From: a virus
IMG/VR virus record: IMGVR_UViG_3300026383_000001
Coordinates: 1 to 43,915 of that record
Reading direction: 5' to 3' (one strand)
DNA: 43,915 bases
How positions within the stretch are numbered: the first letter of the stretch is position 1; each line of letters opens with the position of its first letter. The notes beneath the pieces were generated by a model. The model searched no databases. It saw only the letters and a program-made list of their open reading frames with translations, and was not told the origin of the DNA. Below, one piece after another: positions 29,786-39,264 of this stretch. A program made the position numbers and the translations under genes.

Positions 29786-32215
29786 TTATACAACAGTGCC
29801 GTTGGCATTCACCCATACGTTCGGGCCGGTAGACTTCAGCCACAGTGGGATACCTGCGGTGATGTCGAAGAACATCATCCCCACATACCCACTGCTAGGG
29901 CGGGAAGTTGATGCCAGTGGGCGTGGAACCACACCCTGATAAGCACGCAGCTCCTGCCAGTCCACACCAACCACGTGGTTAGTACCATCCGTGTTAGGTG
30001 CAGTCATTCGCTGCCATCCAATAATGGAGTAGTCAGCCGAAGTCACAACCCCCAGGTTAGCCGGGTTAATCTTGAAGCACAGGTCACCTCTGGTATAGAA
30101 GTTGCCCGAGGCGGGCATAACATCGCTCCAGTAGATGTTGTTGTTGCTTGGCAAGAAACTCGCCGACGTTCTGGACTGCACCTCAATGACACAGTCGTGG
30201 GACACACTCAACTTGCTCATCCATCGGTAGCCTTCCAGGCCGGTACCAGTAATGCGGGTACCACCGAACAGTGCCAGCATACCCGTGTTGCCGTTATCGA
30301 ACACACCACGGTTGTTCGCGTTGTTCAGCACGATGTCAGTGCTACCGATACTCACACTGGCATTGGAGCCGGCGATAACCGTCACACCAGCACGCTGTGC
30401 ACCATCCATGCCAAAACCGTATAGATGACAGTTCAGTATACGGAGGTCAGAGCCGGTACGGATAACATCACTGGAGTAGTTGTTGAACGTGCAACGCTGC
30501 AACAGCACACGGGAGCGTGGGCTAGTCTGCGCGAAGCCGTTGAAGCCAGTGTTGGCAGGTTGAACGATACCACTCAGGTTACCGGCGTTCCCTGTGAACT
30601 TACCGCCATCCACGGTGAACACACCCATGTAGTTCACAATGTCGAACGGCTGAGCACAGATGTCAAAGTCACAGTCCACCAGGCGGAGGCTGTCAGACGC
30701 ACCAGTGTAACGCTCAGACCGCACGTACGCACCACGACGGAAGCCGAAACCGAACAGGCGATACAGTGCACCGAAGTCTACGCGACCAAAGTGGAATGCA
30801 ACGCCATTGTCCTGGATTTCCTGCTTGAGCGTGAGGTGGTACTCGTTCGGCAGGTTCAGGTAGATGTTGTAGTTGAAGTGAATGTCACTGACACGCGGCA
30901 CGTCCAGTACACGGTCGAGAGACAGACCGCGTCGAATAGGTGCGCCAAAGATATTGTACATCGTAATCTTCGAGGCACTCCCGTACGTGTCACCACCCAG
31001 AGCAAAGCCGTAGTAGGCGTTACCGATGTTGATGTCAGCAATCTCGGAGTAGAAGCCGGCACCCAGCATCAATGGGCCATACGCAATCAGAGGTTTCAAC
31101 GTGAGGTTGTACGTCTGCTGTGGGTACGACACTGCCAAGCCTTTGATGATGTTCTTACCACCCAGGCGGAACTGCGGCAGGGAGGTAATAGCGTGGTCGA
31201 TGACAATCTTGATAGCACCCAGGCCACCTTGCCCGACGAAGCACACGCCGCTCGGGATGCTGATGTCCGCAGTGGTAAACCGCAGTGTCGCACCGTTCGG
31301 GGCAGTGATGTACTTCCCAGTGCTAACCGCATCCAGTACCGCCGCCTTGAAGGCATCATCGGCCGGCTGTGTGCCTACCAGGTCATCCAGGTAGTCTGCC
31401 AGGTTGATGTACCCATCAGCGTACCGGCGTAACTGCGCAACCTCGTCAAAGGTTGGGTGGTCATCTGGCGCCGCTGCTGTGCTGCCCATAGCAATAAGCA
31501 CTTCCTCACCAACCATAAGAGGTTCGGCAAGTACAACAGTGTTATTCACTACGTCGAAGGCACCAGCGAGCTGGTACTGCATCACGCCATTACGCCACAC
31601 CCAGGCAGACTTGAACAGGAATGGAGGAGAGATTACAGTCTCTCCACCTACACCTACGTGGTACCAAGGTACGGTACGGGAGCTAACGTTGTCCACCATA
31701 CCAATCTTAATGGCTTCGATTTCGGCATCCTGCCGCTGGTTCCAGGCTGTCTGCTTGTCGTCGTAGAATTTGTCCTGCTTGTCCACGTACTGCTTATTTG
31801 CAGCATCCAGCGCATCGCGCGGGTCGCCCAGATTCACTACACGGTTACCGTGCATGTTCAAGTTACGGTACAGACCGGTAATACCAGAGCCTTCCGTGAA
31901 CTCCTGGGAGAGGTAGATTAGCTGTTTGAAGTTCTCGTCCAGCGTTGTACGGCTGAACGGCGCGCCACCATCATAGATGTTGAACGCGCGTTCCTTGTCA
32001 GTGTTACGATACACCAGGATTTGGTTACCTACAGGCTCTGCGCCCTTGAGCAGCACAATAGTACGGTCACCGTCCCACTGCCAATCGACGCCCAGTACTA
32101 GCGGCGTCTCGGCTTCGTTACGGTACACAGTAATATCGTCCTTTTCGAAGTACTCAATACCCAGGTTTACACGGGTGAGTGTACCGTCGGAAGTTTCAAT
32201 CTGTACTGAGTACAT
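29786..32215 (-). CDS. Tail fibre / tailspike with T7 gp17-type N-terminal adaptor and a beta-helix body (putative depolymerase)
   Basis: 809 aa. The N-terminus (MYSVQIETSDGTLTRVNLGIEYFEKDDITVYRN...ILVYRNTDKERAFNIYDGGAPFSRTTLDENFKQ) follows the pattern of the T7 tail-fibre N-terminal domain. Residues ~300-700 are beta-helix-like repeats. Confidence 0.85.
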   Translation of the reverse strand: MYSVQIETSDGTLTRVNLGIEYFEKDDITVYRNEAETPLVLGVDWQWDGDRTIVLLKGAEPVGNQILVYRNTDKERAFNIYDGGAPFSRTTLDENFKQLIYLSQEFTEGSGITGLYRNLNMHGNRVVNLGDPRDALDAANKQYVDKQDKFYDDKQTAWNQRQDAEIEAIKIGMVDNVSSRTVPWYHVGVGGETVISPPFLFKSAWVWRNGVMQYQLAGAFDVVNNTVVLAEPLMVGEEVLIAMGSTAAAPDDHPTFDEVAQLRRYADGYINLADYLDDLVGTQPADDAFKAAVLDAVSTGKYITAPNGATLRFTTADISIPSGVCFVGQGGLGAIKIVIDHAITSLPQFRLGGKNIIKGLAVSYPQQTYNLTLKPLIAYGPLMLGAGFYSEIADINIGNAYYGFALGGDTYGSASKITMYNIFGAPIRRGLSLDRVLDVPRVSDIHFNYNIYLNLPNEYHLTLKQEIQDNGVAFHFGRVDFGALYRLFGFGFRRGAYVRSERYTGASDSLRLVDCDFDICAQPFDIVNYMGVFTVDGGKFTGNAGNLSGIVQPANTGFNGFAQTSPRSRVLLQRCTFNNYSSDVIRTGSDLRILNCHLYGFGMDGAQRAGVTVIAGSNASVSIGSTDIVLNNANNRGVFDNGNTGMLALFGGTRITGTGLEGYRWMSKLSVSHDCVIEVQSRTSASFLPSNNNIYWSDVMPASGNFYTRGDLCFKINPANLGVVTSADYSIIGWQRMTAPNTDGTNHVVGVDWQELRAYQGVVPRPLASTSRPSSGYVGMMFFDITAGIPLWLKSTGPNVWVNANGTVV

Positions 32216-32224
32216 TCATTCTCC

Positions 32225-35200
32225 TTAGTTATCATCAGAAAGGCTTGCGCCCAGCAGACGCATTCCCGGCATGATGCCAAGGAACGGGACGGCTTTAATG
32301 AGTGATTCAGGTGATACATCACCCTTCGCGGCCGCAGAGGTTGCGGTGTACATCTTGTCAATAATGCTCAGTGCAGCGATGCTGTTCGTCGGCCCTTGGG
32401 TCACGAAGTCCACACCGAAGCCCAGCCAGCTCATCAGAGGCACCTGGGTGATGGCACGGGTTGCTACCTTCTGCGGGGTAACGTCCTGGCCGCCCAGCGT
32501 CAGACTTGCTGCAGACGCGATAGTTGCCAGAGGCAGCTGGTACGCGAACGCTAGGGCAATCCCGGTAGTCCCGTCGAGCTTAGCGGTACGGCGGAGAATC
32601 TTGTTCCAGGCACCGGCCACAAACGTCATGTACGGAAGCACCACCTTACCCACGGAGCTGAACTGCATCCAGGCAGGAATCTCGCCGAGGCGGTTCTCCA
32701 GCACGATACTGTCAGCCATGTTGTGCGCGATAGTCTCCATGTCCAGGCGGACGCTGGAGGGCCACTCACGCATGTCCGGGGTCTTAGCGGTAGCAGCACG
32801 CACCTGCTCAAGCACATCATCGGTCAGACCGAAGCGGCGCATGGCAGTGACGGCAGCAGCGTTACCCTTGATTGCATCATCCACAGTATCAGCGATTAGA
32901 CCGGCCACCATCTTGCTCTGAGCACGGCGTACGAACTCCATGCCGTTAGCGAAGCGGGTGCCTTGGCCCATCTGCTGGATGTACTGGTGTGCTACTCCTA
33001 GGTTCCCAATATCATGGTTGTCTTCGAGGTGAGTCAGGATGCTCCGGTACTTGCCGGACATTACGTTCCGTGCCTCAATGACATCCCGCAGGCGGGCGCC
33101 GTACTCGGCAGACTTAGCAATGTCCATAGCATCGCGACCGAACTTGGTACGGGCGAGAGCCTGCATAGACTTGGTGATGCCGAACTGCTGCACCATCAGG
33201 CCCATGTCCGATAACTGGTAGATACCGGAGTTAGCCAGGTTCACCGCAGAACCGACGATGCTCAGACTACGCAGGACGTCAGGTACGTTCTCCCCGGTAG
33301 GGTAGCCCAGTAGCTGGTTCACTGTGTTGTCCAGAGTACGCAGCGCCTCAGCAGGGTTCGCGCCCTGGGCAGCTGCCTCGTCAATCTGCTTGACCATATC
33401 CTTAATGTCAGCGAAGCCGGCACGTGCCAGACCGATACGACCGGACATACGCCGGCTGTAGCCTTCCATCAGACCCAGGGTGTCCGAGTTCACGAACATC
33501 TGTGGGTTAATGCTTCGGCCAGAGCTGGTGACATACTCTGCAGTCATGTCGAACTCTGCACGGCGGCGCAGGTTCCGCACGCGGTTAGCGTCGGTACCGG
33601 CAACCTTCACCTCACCCATGAACTGGGCAATCTTGTTCTCTTCCACACCAGCATTCACCAGCGCTTCCTGAATGTCGTCGTAGCTCATCCCAGCCACGGA
33701 CTGGCGGTAACCCTGGACGTGCGCAGCGCGCTGTTCCATGTTACGTACCATCTGAGTACCCAGCTTCTTAGCGGTAGCATCTTCAATTCCACTGTCAGCG
33801 AACATATGCTTGAACTGGGAGGTGTACATGCCAATCACATCGTCACGGGAAACGTCAGCGTTCTCACGCAGGAACCGGGACATTTTGTCACCGGAGTGCT
33901 GCCGCGGCAGGTAATACGGGGAAGCCTCAATGTTCTCGGCACCCTCTACGCCTGCAGCCTTGATACGAGCCAGGGAATCCTCAGCCCACTTACTATCGGC
34001 GAAGGACTTGACCACGGACTCAACACGCGGGTCGGCGTTCGGGATAATGGTATCCCCAGCACGGAACCGGGTATGGTTCTCGGCTAGCTGGTTGTACACC
34101 TTCTCGCTTAACTCACGCTGAGCCTGTTTGTACAGCACAGGATGGCGCATACGCTGGGCCAGGGGCCAGTCAGCACGCAGAGCCTGTGCCATAGCAGCAT
34201 CAACCTGTACGATAGCCGTGTTGGCCGCCAGGTGGGCTGTACGGGCGTAGTGCGCAGCGGAGTTAGCCTCAGTACCGGTAGCGTCCACCACCAGCTTGGA
34301 AGCCAGTTCGGAAGCCTTAGGCCCGATGCTCGCGATACGGTCGTGAAGAGAGAAGTTCCGGTTGATAGCATCCTGGGCGCGGTTCGAGTACTCCTGGGCG
34401 TTCTTCACACCCTTGAATACCGGAGACTGCAGCTCAGGCACCTCTGCCGGCGCACGCAGACGCACAGAGCGGTCTACCTGCGGGACTTGCATTAGGTTGT
34501 CGAATTCCTGCACCAGCGCATCAAATGCAGTACCCTCCGGTGCTTTACCGGTGAATGCCTGCACTACCTTGCGCACCAGCTCAGACCACACGGAACCTTC
34601 CGCACCGGGCATCTTGATGCTCTGCAGGTGCTTACGGAATTCGTCGGAGTTGAACATCTGGGCAATGAACTCGTCATCGTTCTGCAGACCGTACTTGACG
34701 TTGTACGCGCCTTTCTCGCCGTACAGGCCTTTCAGGTCTTGGGTAATGCTCTTGTCTTGGACATACTGCCGAATCTCACCAATCCGCTTGGCTGCGTCGA
34801 ACTGGGCACCCTCTGTGATGGTTCCGGCTCGGACTGCCTGCAGGGTACGCATAGTCTTGGCGTGGGCTGCTTCGTGCAGGAGGATGGTCTTGTCATAGGT
34901 ACTCATAGCCTTAACGTGAGAGGACAGGTCGACACCCAGGTCTGGATTAACCACAGAGGACTGCAGGTCACCATTCTGGGACAGGCGTACGGAGGAGCGC
35001 TCGCTCTGGGCACCCTTACGGAATACCACAGGGACAGCGTCATCAGCTCCCAGGGAGTCGGCCAGTGCACGGCCCAGGATACGCTGGCCCTCCGGCAAGT
35101 CGTCACCCAGGTTCACCACAGCACGCACAGCATTACCCATGTCAGTGTTAATCACATCACCACGGACGCCTCGAGAGGCACCCACTTCGATATGCTGCTT

Positions 35201-35935
35201 GGTTGTCGCTGTATCCATGCGTGGCGGCACGTAGTCCTCATCCGGGACGTACTTACTAGCTGCAGCAGCGGGGCGCGCCTCGGCCTCTACAGAGTCTTCT
35301 ACGAGCTTCTCAGCACGGCGTACCTTCGGGATTGCGCCCATCACTACACCCACGCTGGTACCGATAACATCCAGTGGGGTAATCTCACCGCCTTGGCTGG
35401 CTACTCCCAGGACTGCAGTGTTACTTGCCAGACCGATAGCCACACGGGCGGAGCGGGCCACCTTAGGCAGAGCACCTACGCCCATGCCCAGCACGGTGTC
35501 AATGTCCAGCATACTCGCTGCTACGGACACCGCCATGTTCTGGCCCATTGCTTTGTAGTTGTCACGGTCTACCTGCACCTGTGCCTGACGCTGTTTCAGC
35601 TCGGCAGCGCTGCGGGCGTCGGCCAGGAACTCCAGCTCATCGCCGGTGTACTGCGACGCACCATCGCCCAGGGCAGTGGTAACGTTGAACCCAGCCTCAT
35701 CCGGCATCGACATGTACTCGATACCGCGAATGGCCTTGGCTGCAATGCTCTCGTCGAGCGTTGCCTTAATTGAATCGGAAACAGACGCTTGATTCTGTTT
35801 GAGAGAATCAACCACGGCACTGGCTTGTGTAGCCTCCAGTACCGTGCCGGTTGCAGTGATACGTTCGCCTGCGCTATCTGGGATTACCGCGTCTGGTTTA
35901 GCATATGCTGTGCTCTCAGGGCGCAGACGAATCAT
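32225..35935 (-). CDS. Internal virion protein C (T7 gp16 / phiKMV gp37-like)
   Basis: 1236-aa ORF, third of three consecutive internal-core genes between the tail tubular B and tail fibre genes. Confidence 0.8.
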   Translation of the reverse strand: MIRLRPESTAYAKPDAVIPDSAGERITATGTVLEATQASAVVDSLKQNQASVSDSIKATLDESIAAKAIRGIEYMSMPDEAGFNVTTALGDGASQYTGDELEFLADARSAAELKQRQAQVQVDRDNYKAMGQNMAVSVAASMLDIDTVLGMGVGALPKVARSARVAIGLASNTAVLGVASQGGEITPLDVIGTSVGVVMGAIPKVRRAEKLVEDSVEAEARPAAAASKYVPDEDYVPPRMDTATTKQHIEVGASRGVRGDVINTDMGNAVRAVVNLGDDLPEGQRILGRALADSLGADDAVPVVFRKGAQSERSSVRLSQNGDLQSSVVNPDLGVDLSSHVKAMSTYDKTILLHEAAHAKTMRTLQAVRAGTITEGAQFDAAKRIGEIRQYVQDKSITQDLKGLYGEKGAYNVKYGLQNDDEFIAQMFNSDEFRKHLQSIKMPGAEGSVWSELVRKVVQAFTGKAPEGTAFDALVQEFDNLMQVPQVDRSVRLRAPAEVPELQSPVFKGVKNAQEYSNRAQDAINRNFSLHDRIASIGPKASELASKLVVDATGTEANSAAHYARTAHLAANTAIVQVDAAMAQALRADWPLAQRMRHPVLYKQAQRELSEKVYNQLAENHTRFRAGDTIIPNADPRVESVVKSFADSKWAEDSLARIKAAGVEGAENIEASPYYLPRQHSGDKMSRFLRENADVSRDDVIGMYTSQFKHMFADSGIEDATAKKLGTQMVRNMEQRAAHVQGYRQSVAGMSYDDIQEALVNAGVEENKIAQFMGEVKVAGTDANRVRNLRRRAEFDMTAEYVTSSGRSINPQMFVNSDTLGLMEGYSRRMSGRIGLARAGFADIKDMVKQIDEAAAQGANPAEALRTLDNTVNQLLGYPTGENVPDVLRSLSIVGSAVNLANSGIYQLSDMGLMVQQFGITKSMQALARTKFGRDAMDIAKSAEYGARLRDVIEARNVMSGKYRSILTHLEDNHDIGNLGVAHQYIQQMGQGTRFANGMEFVRRAQSKMVAGLIADTVDDAIKGNAAAVTAMRRFGLTDDVLEQVRAATAKTPDMREWPSSVRLDMETIAHNMADSIVLENRLGEIPAWMQFSSVGKVVLPYMTFVAGAWNKILRRTAKLDGTTGIALAFAYQLPLATIASAASLTLGGQDVTPQKVATRAITQVPLMSWLGFGVDFVTQGPTNSIAALSIIDKMYTATSAAAKGDVSPESLIKAVPFLGIMPGMRLLGASLSDDN

Positions 35936-35943
35936 ACTTCCTC

Positions 35944-38640
35944 CTAACCGTTGTTGATTCTGTAATTGTTCAGGGCAGCCAACAGGCTCATGCGGTCGCG
36001 GTTGCGACGAGAGCCGGCCCCTGCATCCTTGAACAGTGGTGAGTCTTTGAACTTGCTAACATCCAGCGTGCCGTCCAGCGCCGCGTCCATGAAGGCTGCG
36101 AATGCTGCAGGGTTGCCGGAGTGATACGTGGTCTCCACCAGTGCGTTGAACATCTCGGACTTGAGGTAGCTCGGCAGCTTGCTGTATTTCGGCATGGTAG
36201 CCATGACGCCAGGTAGTACCTTGTCGTTCATGTACATGCCCAGCTTCTGCGCAGCGACCTGAGTAGAGTCGCCCGGCTGCTTCACGTACTTCTCCTCGTT
36301 CAGCTTGGCTCCAGTCGTCGGGTGCGTAGCAAGGATGCTAAAGCCCTTCGTGCTGGTGTAACCCTCGTACCCCACGAGACGGCCGACGGCAGTCATCATG
36401 GTGTTCGGCGGGATACCGTACTTGTTCTCGGTGTCGTACTTAACGAAGCCTGCACCTGGAACGGAGAGGTTGCCGGTAGCCTGACCAGTGCCGCTGTTAG
36501 TGATACCCGCCTGCACTCCCTGCACCTTCTGGCGCATCTCAGAGGCTGGAATGCTCTCAGAGGACGTACCAATCTGGTTCTCGCCGTTCGCACCGCGGTA
36601 CACGAACTCCTGGGTCAGTGGGTCATAGTCCAGCTGCACAGTCGTAGCGGATGGGTACTTCTTCTTGAACTCCTTCACGTCGTCCTGCACAGCCTTGGCA
36701 ATGAGGGTATTATCCCCTGTGCCGAAGATGGCGGCTTTGTTCCCGACGTCCGGCAGAATCATCATAGCGTGCGCATCTGAGCCGTCATCGACCTGCACAG
36801 CGCGCTCACCAATCTTACCCACCAGCCAGTTCTTGAGGTCATCCCCAGACAGCGCCGGCAATGTGCCGTCCTGCTGCCGCTTCGTGTACTCTGCGTTCAG
36901 GGCACCGTTCAACTGGTTCATACGCACCTGGGCCGCTTTCTCATCCGCAGATGAGGTGAACACCCAGGACTGGATACCCAGCAGGTTCCTGTTACGGGCA
37001 CCCTGCGTAATACCGAAGTCCAGCATACCGGCCAGCACGTCGTCCTGCGTCAGCAGCATAGCATTAGGCATGGTTGGTGGCAGGGCCACTACCTTACCCG
37101 CAGCAATGTCCTGGGCGCGGTTCGACACAACGTTCACCAGCTCACGCTCATCAACGTTCTGCCGGATACCATACGCCACTGCGTCGGGCAGACCCGAGAG
37201 CAAGGCATTAGCCTGTACCTGGTTACCAGCAGCAATAGCGGAGTTGTACGCGGTGCGGATGTTCCCCAGGGAGGACACGACCGTAGCCGGGTACTCAGGG
37301 TTGCCATTCTGGTCTTTCTTCAAGTTCCGCCAGTCTACCGCAGCCAGGCTCTGTGCGTCCTGCTGGAGCATACCCACGCCGATGCTTGCAATATCCTGTG
37401 CACCGCTGCTCAGACCACGCTGCATCAAGGATAGACCGCCGGCTGAGTAACCACCGCCTTGTTGGGCGTACATCTTCTCCAGGTTGCTCTTAACCTTGTC
37501 CAGGCTCTCGCCGGTCTTGGAAGCAATGTCGGAGGAGGTAACACCATTGGCGTACGCCATCTCTGCGGTGGCCGCCTTCTGCAGCTTAGCACGCCGCTGT
37601 GCCTCTGCATCAATCATGTTGTACCCAGTGCTCGGAGCGATGTTCTTGGCCTGCACAGCGCCCATGACAGTGCTGATGTAGTCACCCATTGGGTAATCCT
37701 TCACGAGCTGGTCGTAGTCTGCCACAGAGCCAACCTTGGAGTTGTACTCGTACAGCTTAACGCTCTCGTCGGATGCGCGCTTCTCGTACTGATTCTGGGC
37801 CATGTTACGGAGCTGCGTCTGCAAATCCGTAGGCATGTGCTGGAACTCGCTCAGGGATTCCATGTAGCTGGACAAGCCGCTCACACCGCCGGTGCTGCTG
37901 GCTGCAGTGTACGTGTCCACCAGGAACTGTGAGGTGTACTGTGCTTTCTGCTGAACAGATAGCGTGTCGTCGTTGTTGATACGGGAGATGTGGGCGTTCA
38001 CGTTCTGGAGAGCCTGCTGTGGGTCACCAGAGGCGTCTGCAGTGGCGTACGCCGCTACTGCTGCGTTACCCTCAGCTGCGATACTCTGCTCACGCATGAA
38101 GTCTGCGCGCTTGAGGTTCTGGGCCTGGTAGTACTCGGCGGCGGTATCCCGCGCACCCTGTACCGTGCCCAGCCACGCCTGCCAGTCTTTATCATTCAGG
38201 TTCAGACCGGAGGAGCCGGCGGTAGCCAGCAGCTTGTTCGTCTCATCCTGAACGTACTGGTTGAACTCGTCCGGGGATTTACCGGCGTTCACATACTCCG
38301 TTGCCTTGGTCTGCAGGCCCAGCTGGAACTTCGCCAGGTCGGTGCTCACCGTAGCCTTGTTGTAACCTTGCTCATACTGCTCACGGGTTAACCACCCGCG
38401 TTCCTGCTTAGCGCGGCCTTCTAAGCTGTCTTGCTCACCCTCGAGGTACCCTCGGGCCGCCGCTTGCTGCATCTCCTCAATACCCTGCTTAACCGCAGAG
38501 CCGAGTAAACCATTCCAGAAAGCACTCCCGCTTGGTCGTTCTTGAGGCTGCCGGAACGTCGGTGCAGCCACACCGGCGCTCTGATACCCGGCCAGTTGTG
38601 GGGTCTGTACCCCGCCTTGCGTTGGTTGACGTACCGGCAT
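35944..38640 (-). CDS. Internal virion protein B, possibly with a C-terminal peptidoglycan-hydrolase domain
   Basis: 898-aa ORF in the gp15 / phiKMV gp36 position. The C-terminal ~150 aa (VGYEGYTSTKGFSIL...ETTYHSGNPAAF) could be lysozyme-like by analogy with phiKMV gp36. This was not verified. Confidence 0.75.
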   Translation of the reverse strand: MPVRQPTQGGVQTPQLAGYQSAGVAAPTFRQPQERPSGSAFWNGLLGSAVKQGIEEMQQAAARGYLEGEQDSLEGRAKQERGWLTREQYEQGYNKATVSTDLAKFQLGLQTKATEYVNAGKSPDEFNQYVQDETNKLLATAGSSGLNLNDKDWQAWLGTVQGARDTAAEYYQAQNLKRADFMREQSIAAEGNAAVAAYATADASGDPQQALQNVNAHISRINNDDTLSVQQKAQYTSQFLVDTYTAASSTGGVSGLSSYMESLSEFQHMPTDLQTQLRNMAQNQYEKRASDESVKLYEYNSKVGSVADYDQLVKDYPMGDYISTVMGAVQAKNIAPSTGYNMIDAEAQRRAKLQKAATAEMAYANGVTSSDIASKTGESLDKVKSNLEKMYAQQGGGYSAGGLSLMQRGLSSGAQDIASIGVGMLQQDAQSLAAVDWRNLKKDQNGNPEYPATVVSSLGNIRTAYNSAIAAGNQVQANALLSGLPDAVAYGIRQNVDERELVNVVSNRAQDIAAGKVVALPPTMPNAMLLTQDDVLAGMLDFGITQGARNRNLLGIQSWVFTSSADEKAAQVRMNQLNGALNAEYTKRQQDGTLPALSGDDLKNWLVGKIGERAVQVDDGSDAHAMMILPDVGNKAAIFGTGDNTLIAKAVQDDVKEFKKKYPSATTVQLDYDPLTQEFVYRGANGENQIGTSSESIPASEMRQKVQGVQAGITNSGTGQATGNLSVPGAGFVKYDTENKYGIPPNTMMTAVGRLVGYEGYTSTKGFSILATHPTTGAKLNEEKYVKQPGDSTQVAAQKLGMYMNDKVLPGVMATMPKYSKLPSYLKSEMFNALVETTYHSGNPAAFAAFMDAALDGTLDVSKFKDSPLFKDAGAGSRRNRDRMSLLAALNNYRINNG

Positions 38641-38649
38641 TATGCCTCC

Positions 38650-39264
38650 TTATAAACCAAAGAAGTTAGCCCAGCCCTGTTGGGATGGGGTTCGTGTACC
38701 TTTAGCGGCAGAGATGGGAGCGCCTTTCTTCTCGCCCATAGCTGTCTTCCCGCTGAGTTTATTCGCAATCATGCTTGTGCCAATCATACCGATAGCTGAG
38801 CCGAGGAATGCCGCCTGGGCATCATCACCAGCACCGTACTTCAAATCCTGCAGCTGCCCCATAGCGGTATCCGCCTGGCGCTGCACCGCAGAGTTAAAGG
38901 ACAGTTCCTGTAGCTCCTGGTTCTGCATCAAAGTACCCGTGGCCTGCTGCAGCTGCACATCGATTTCCTGGAGACCAGCATCAACGCTGGAACCCATTGT
39001 ATCAGCAGCCGCAGCCTGTAGGCCACGGTCGGACTTAGTCTGCATTGCCTGGCGTTTGCTGGCATCCAGCGCCTGGGCGGTCTGGGCACGGGAAGCAGTG
39101 CGCTGAATGTTAATCTCATTCATCGCCTTGGCATTCGAAGCAATCACAGACTTATTGAAAGCCTTGATGGATTCATTCTGAATGTCCTGCTGTCGCCGTG
39201 CCGCCGATGAGTCCATCCCAGTCTTGAGTGCCTGCGCAGCCAAGCTGGCGAACATCCAAATCAT
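38650..39264 (-). CDS. Internal virion protein A
   Basis: 204-aa ORF coupled (ATGA) to the tail tubular B stop, in the T7 gp14 position. Confidence 0.7.
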   Translation of the reverse strand: MIWMFASLAAQALKTGMDSSAARRQQDIQNESIKAFNKSVIASNAKAMNEINIQRTASRAQTAQALDASKRQAMQTKSDRGLQAAAADTMGSSVDAGLQEIDVQLQQATGTLMQNQELQELSFNSAVQRQADTAMGQLQDLKYGAGDDAQAAFLGSAIGMIGTSMIANKLSGKTAMGEKKGAPISAAKGTRTPSQQGWANFFGL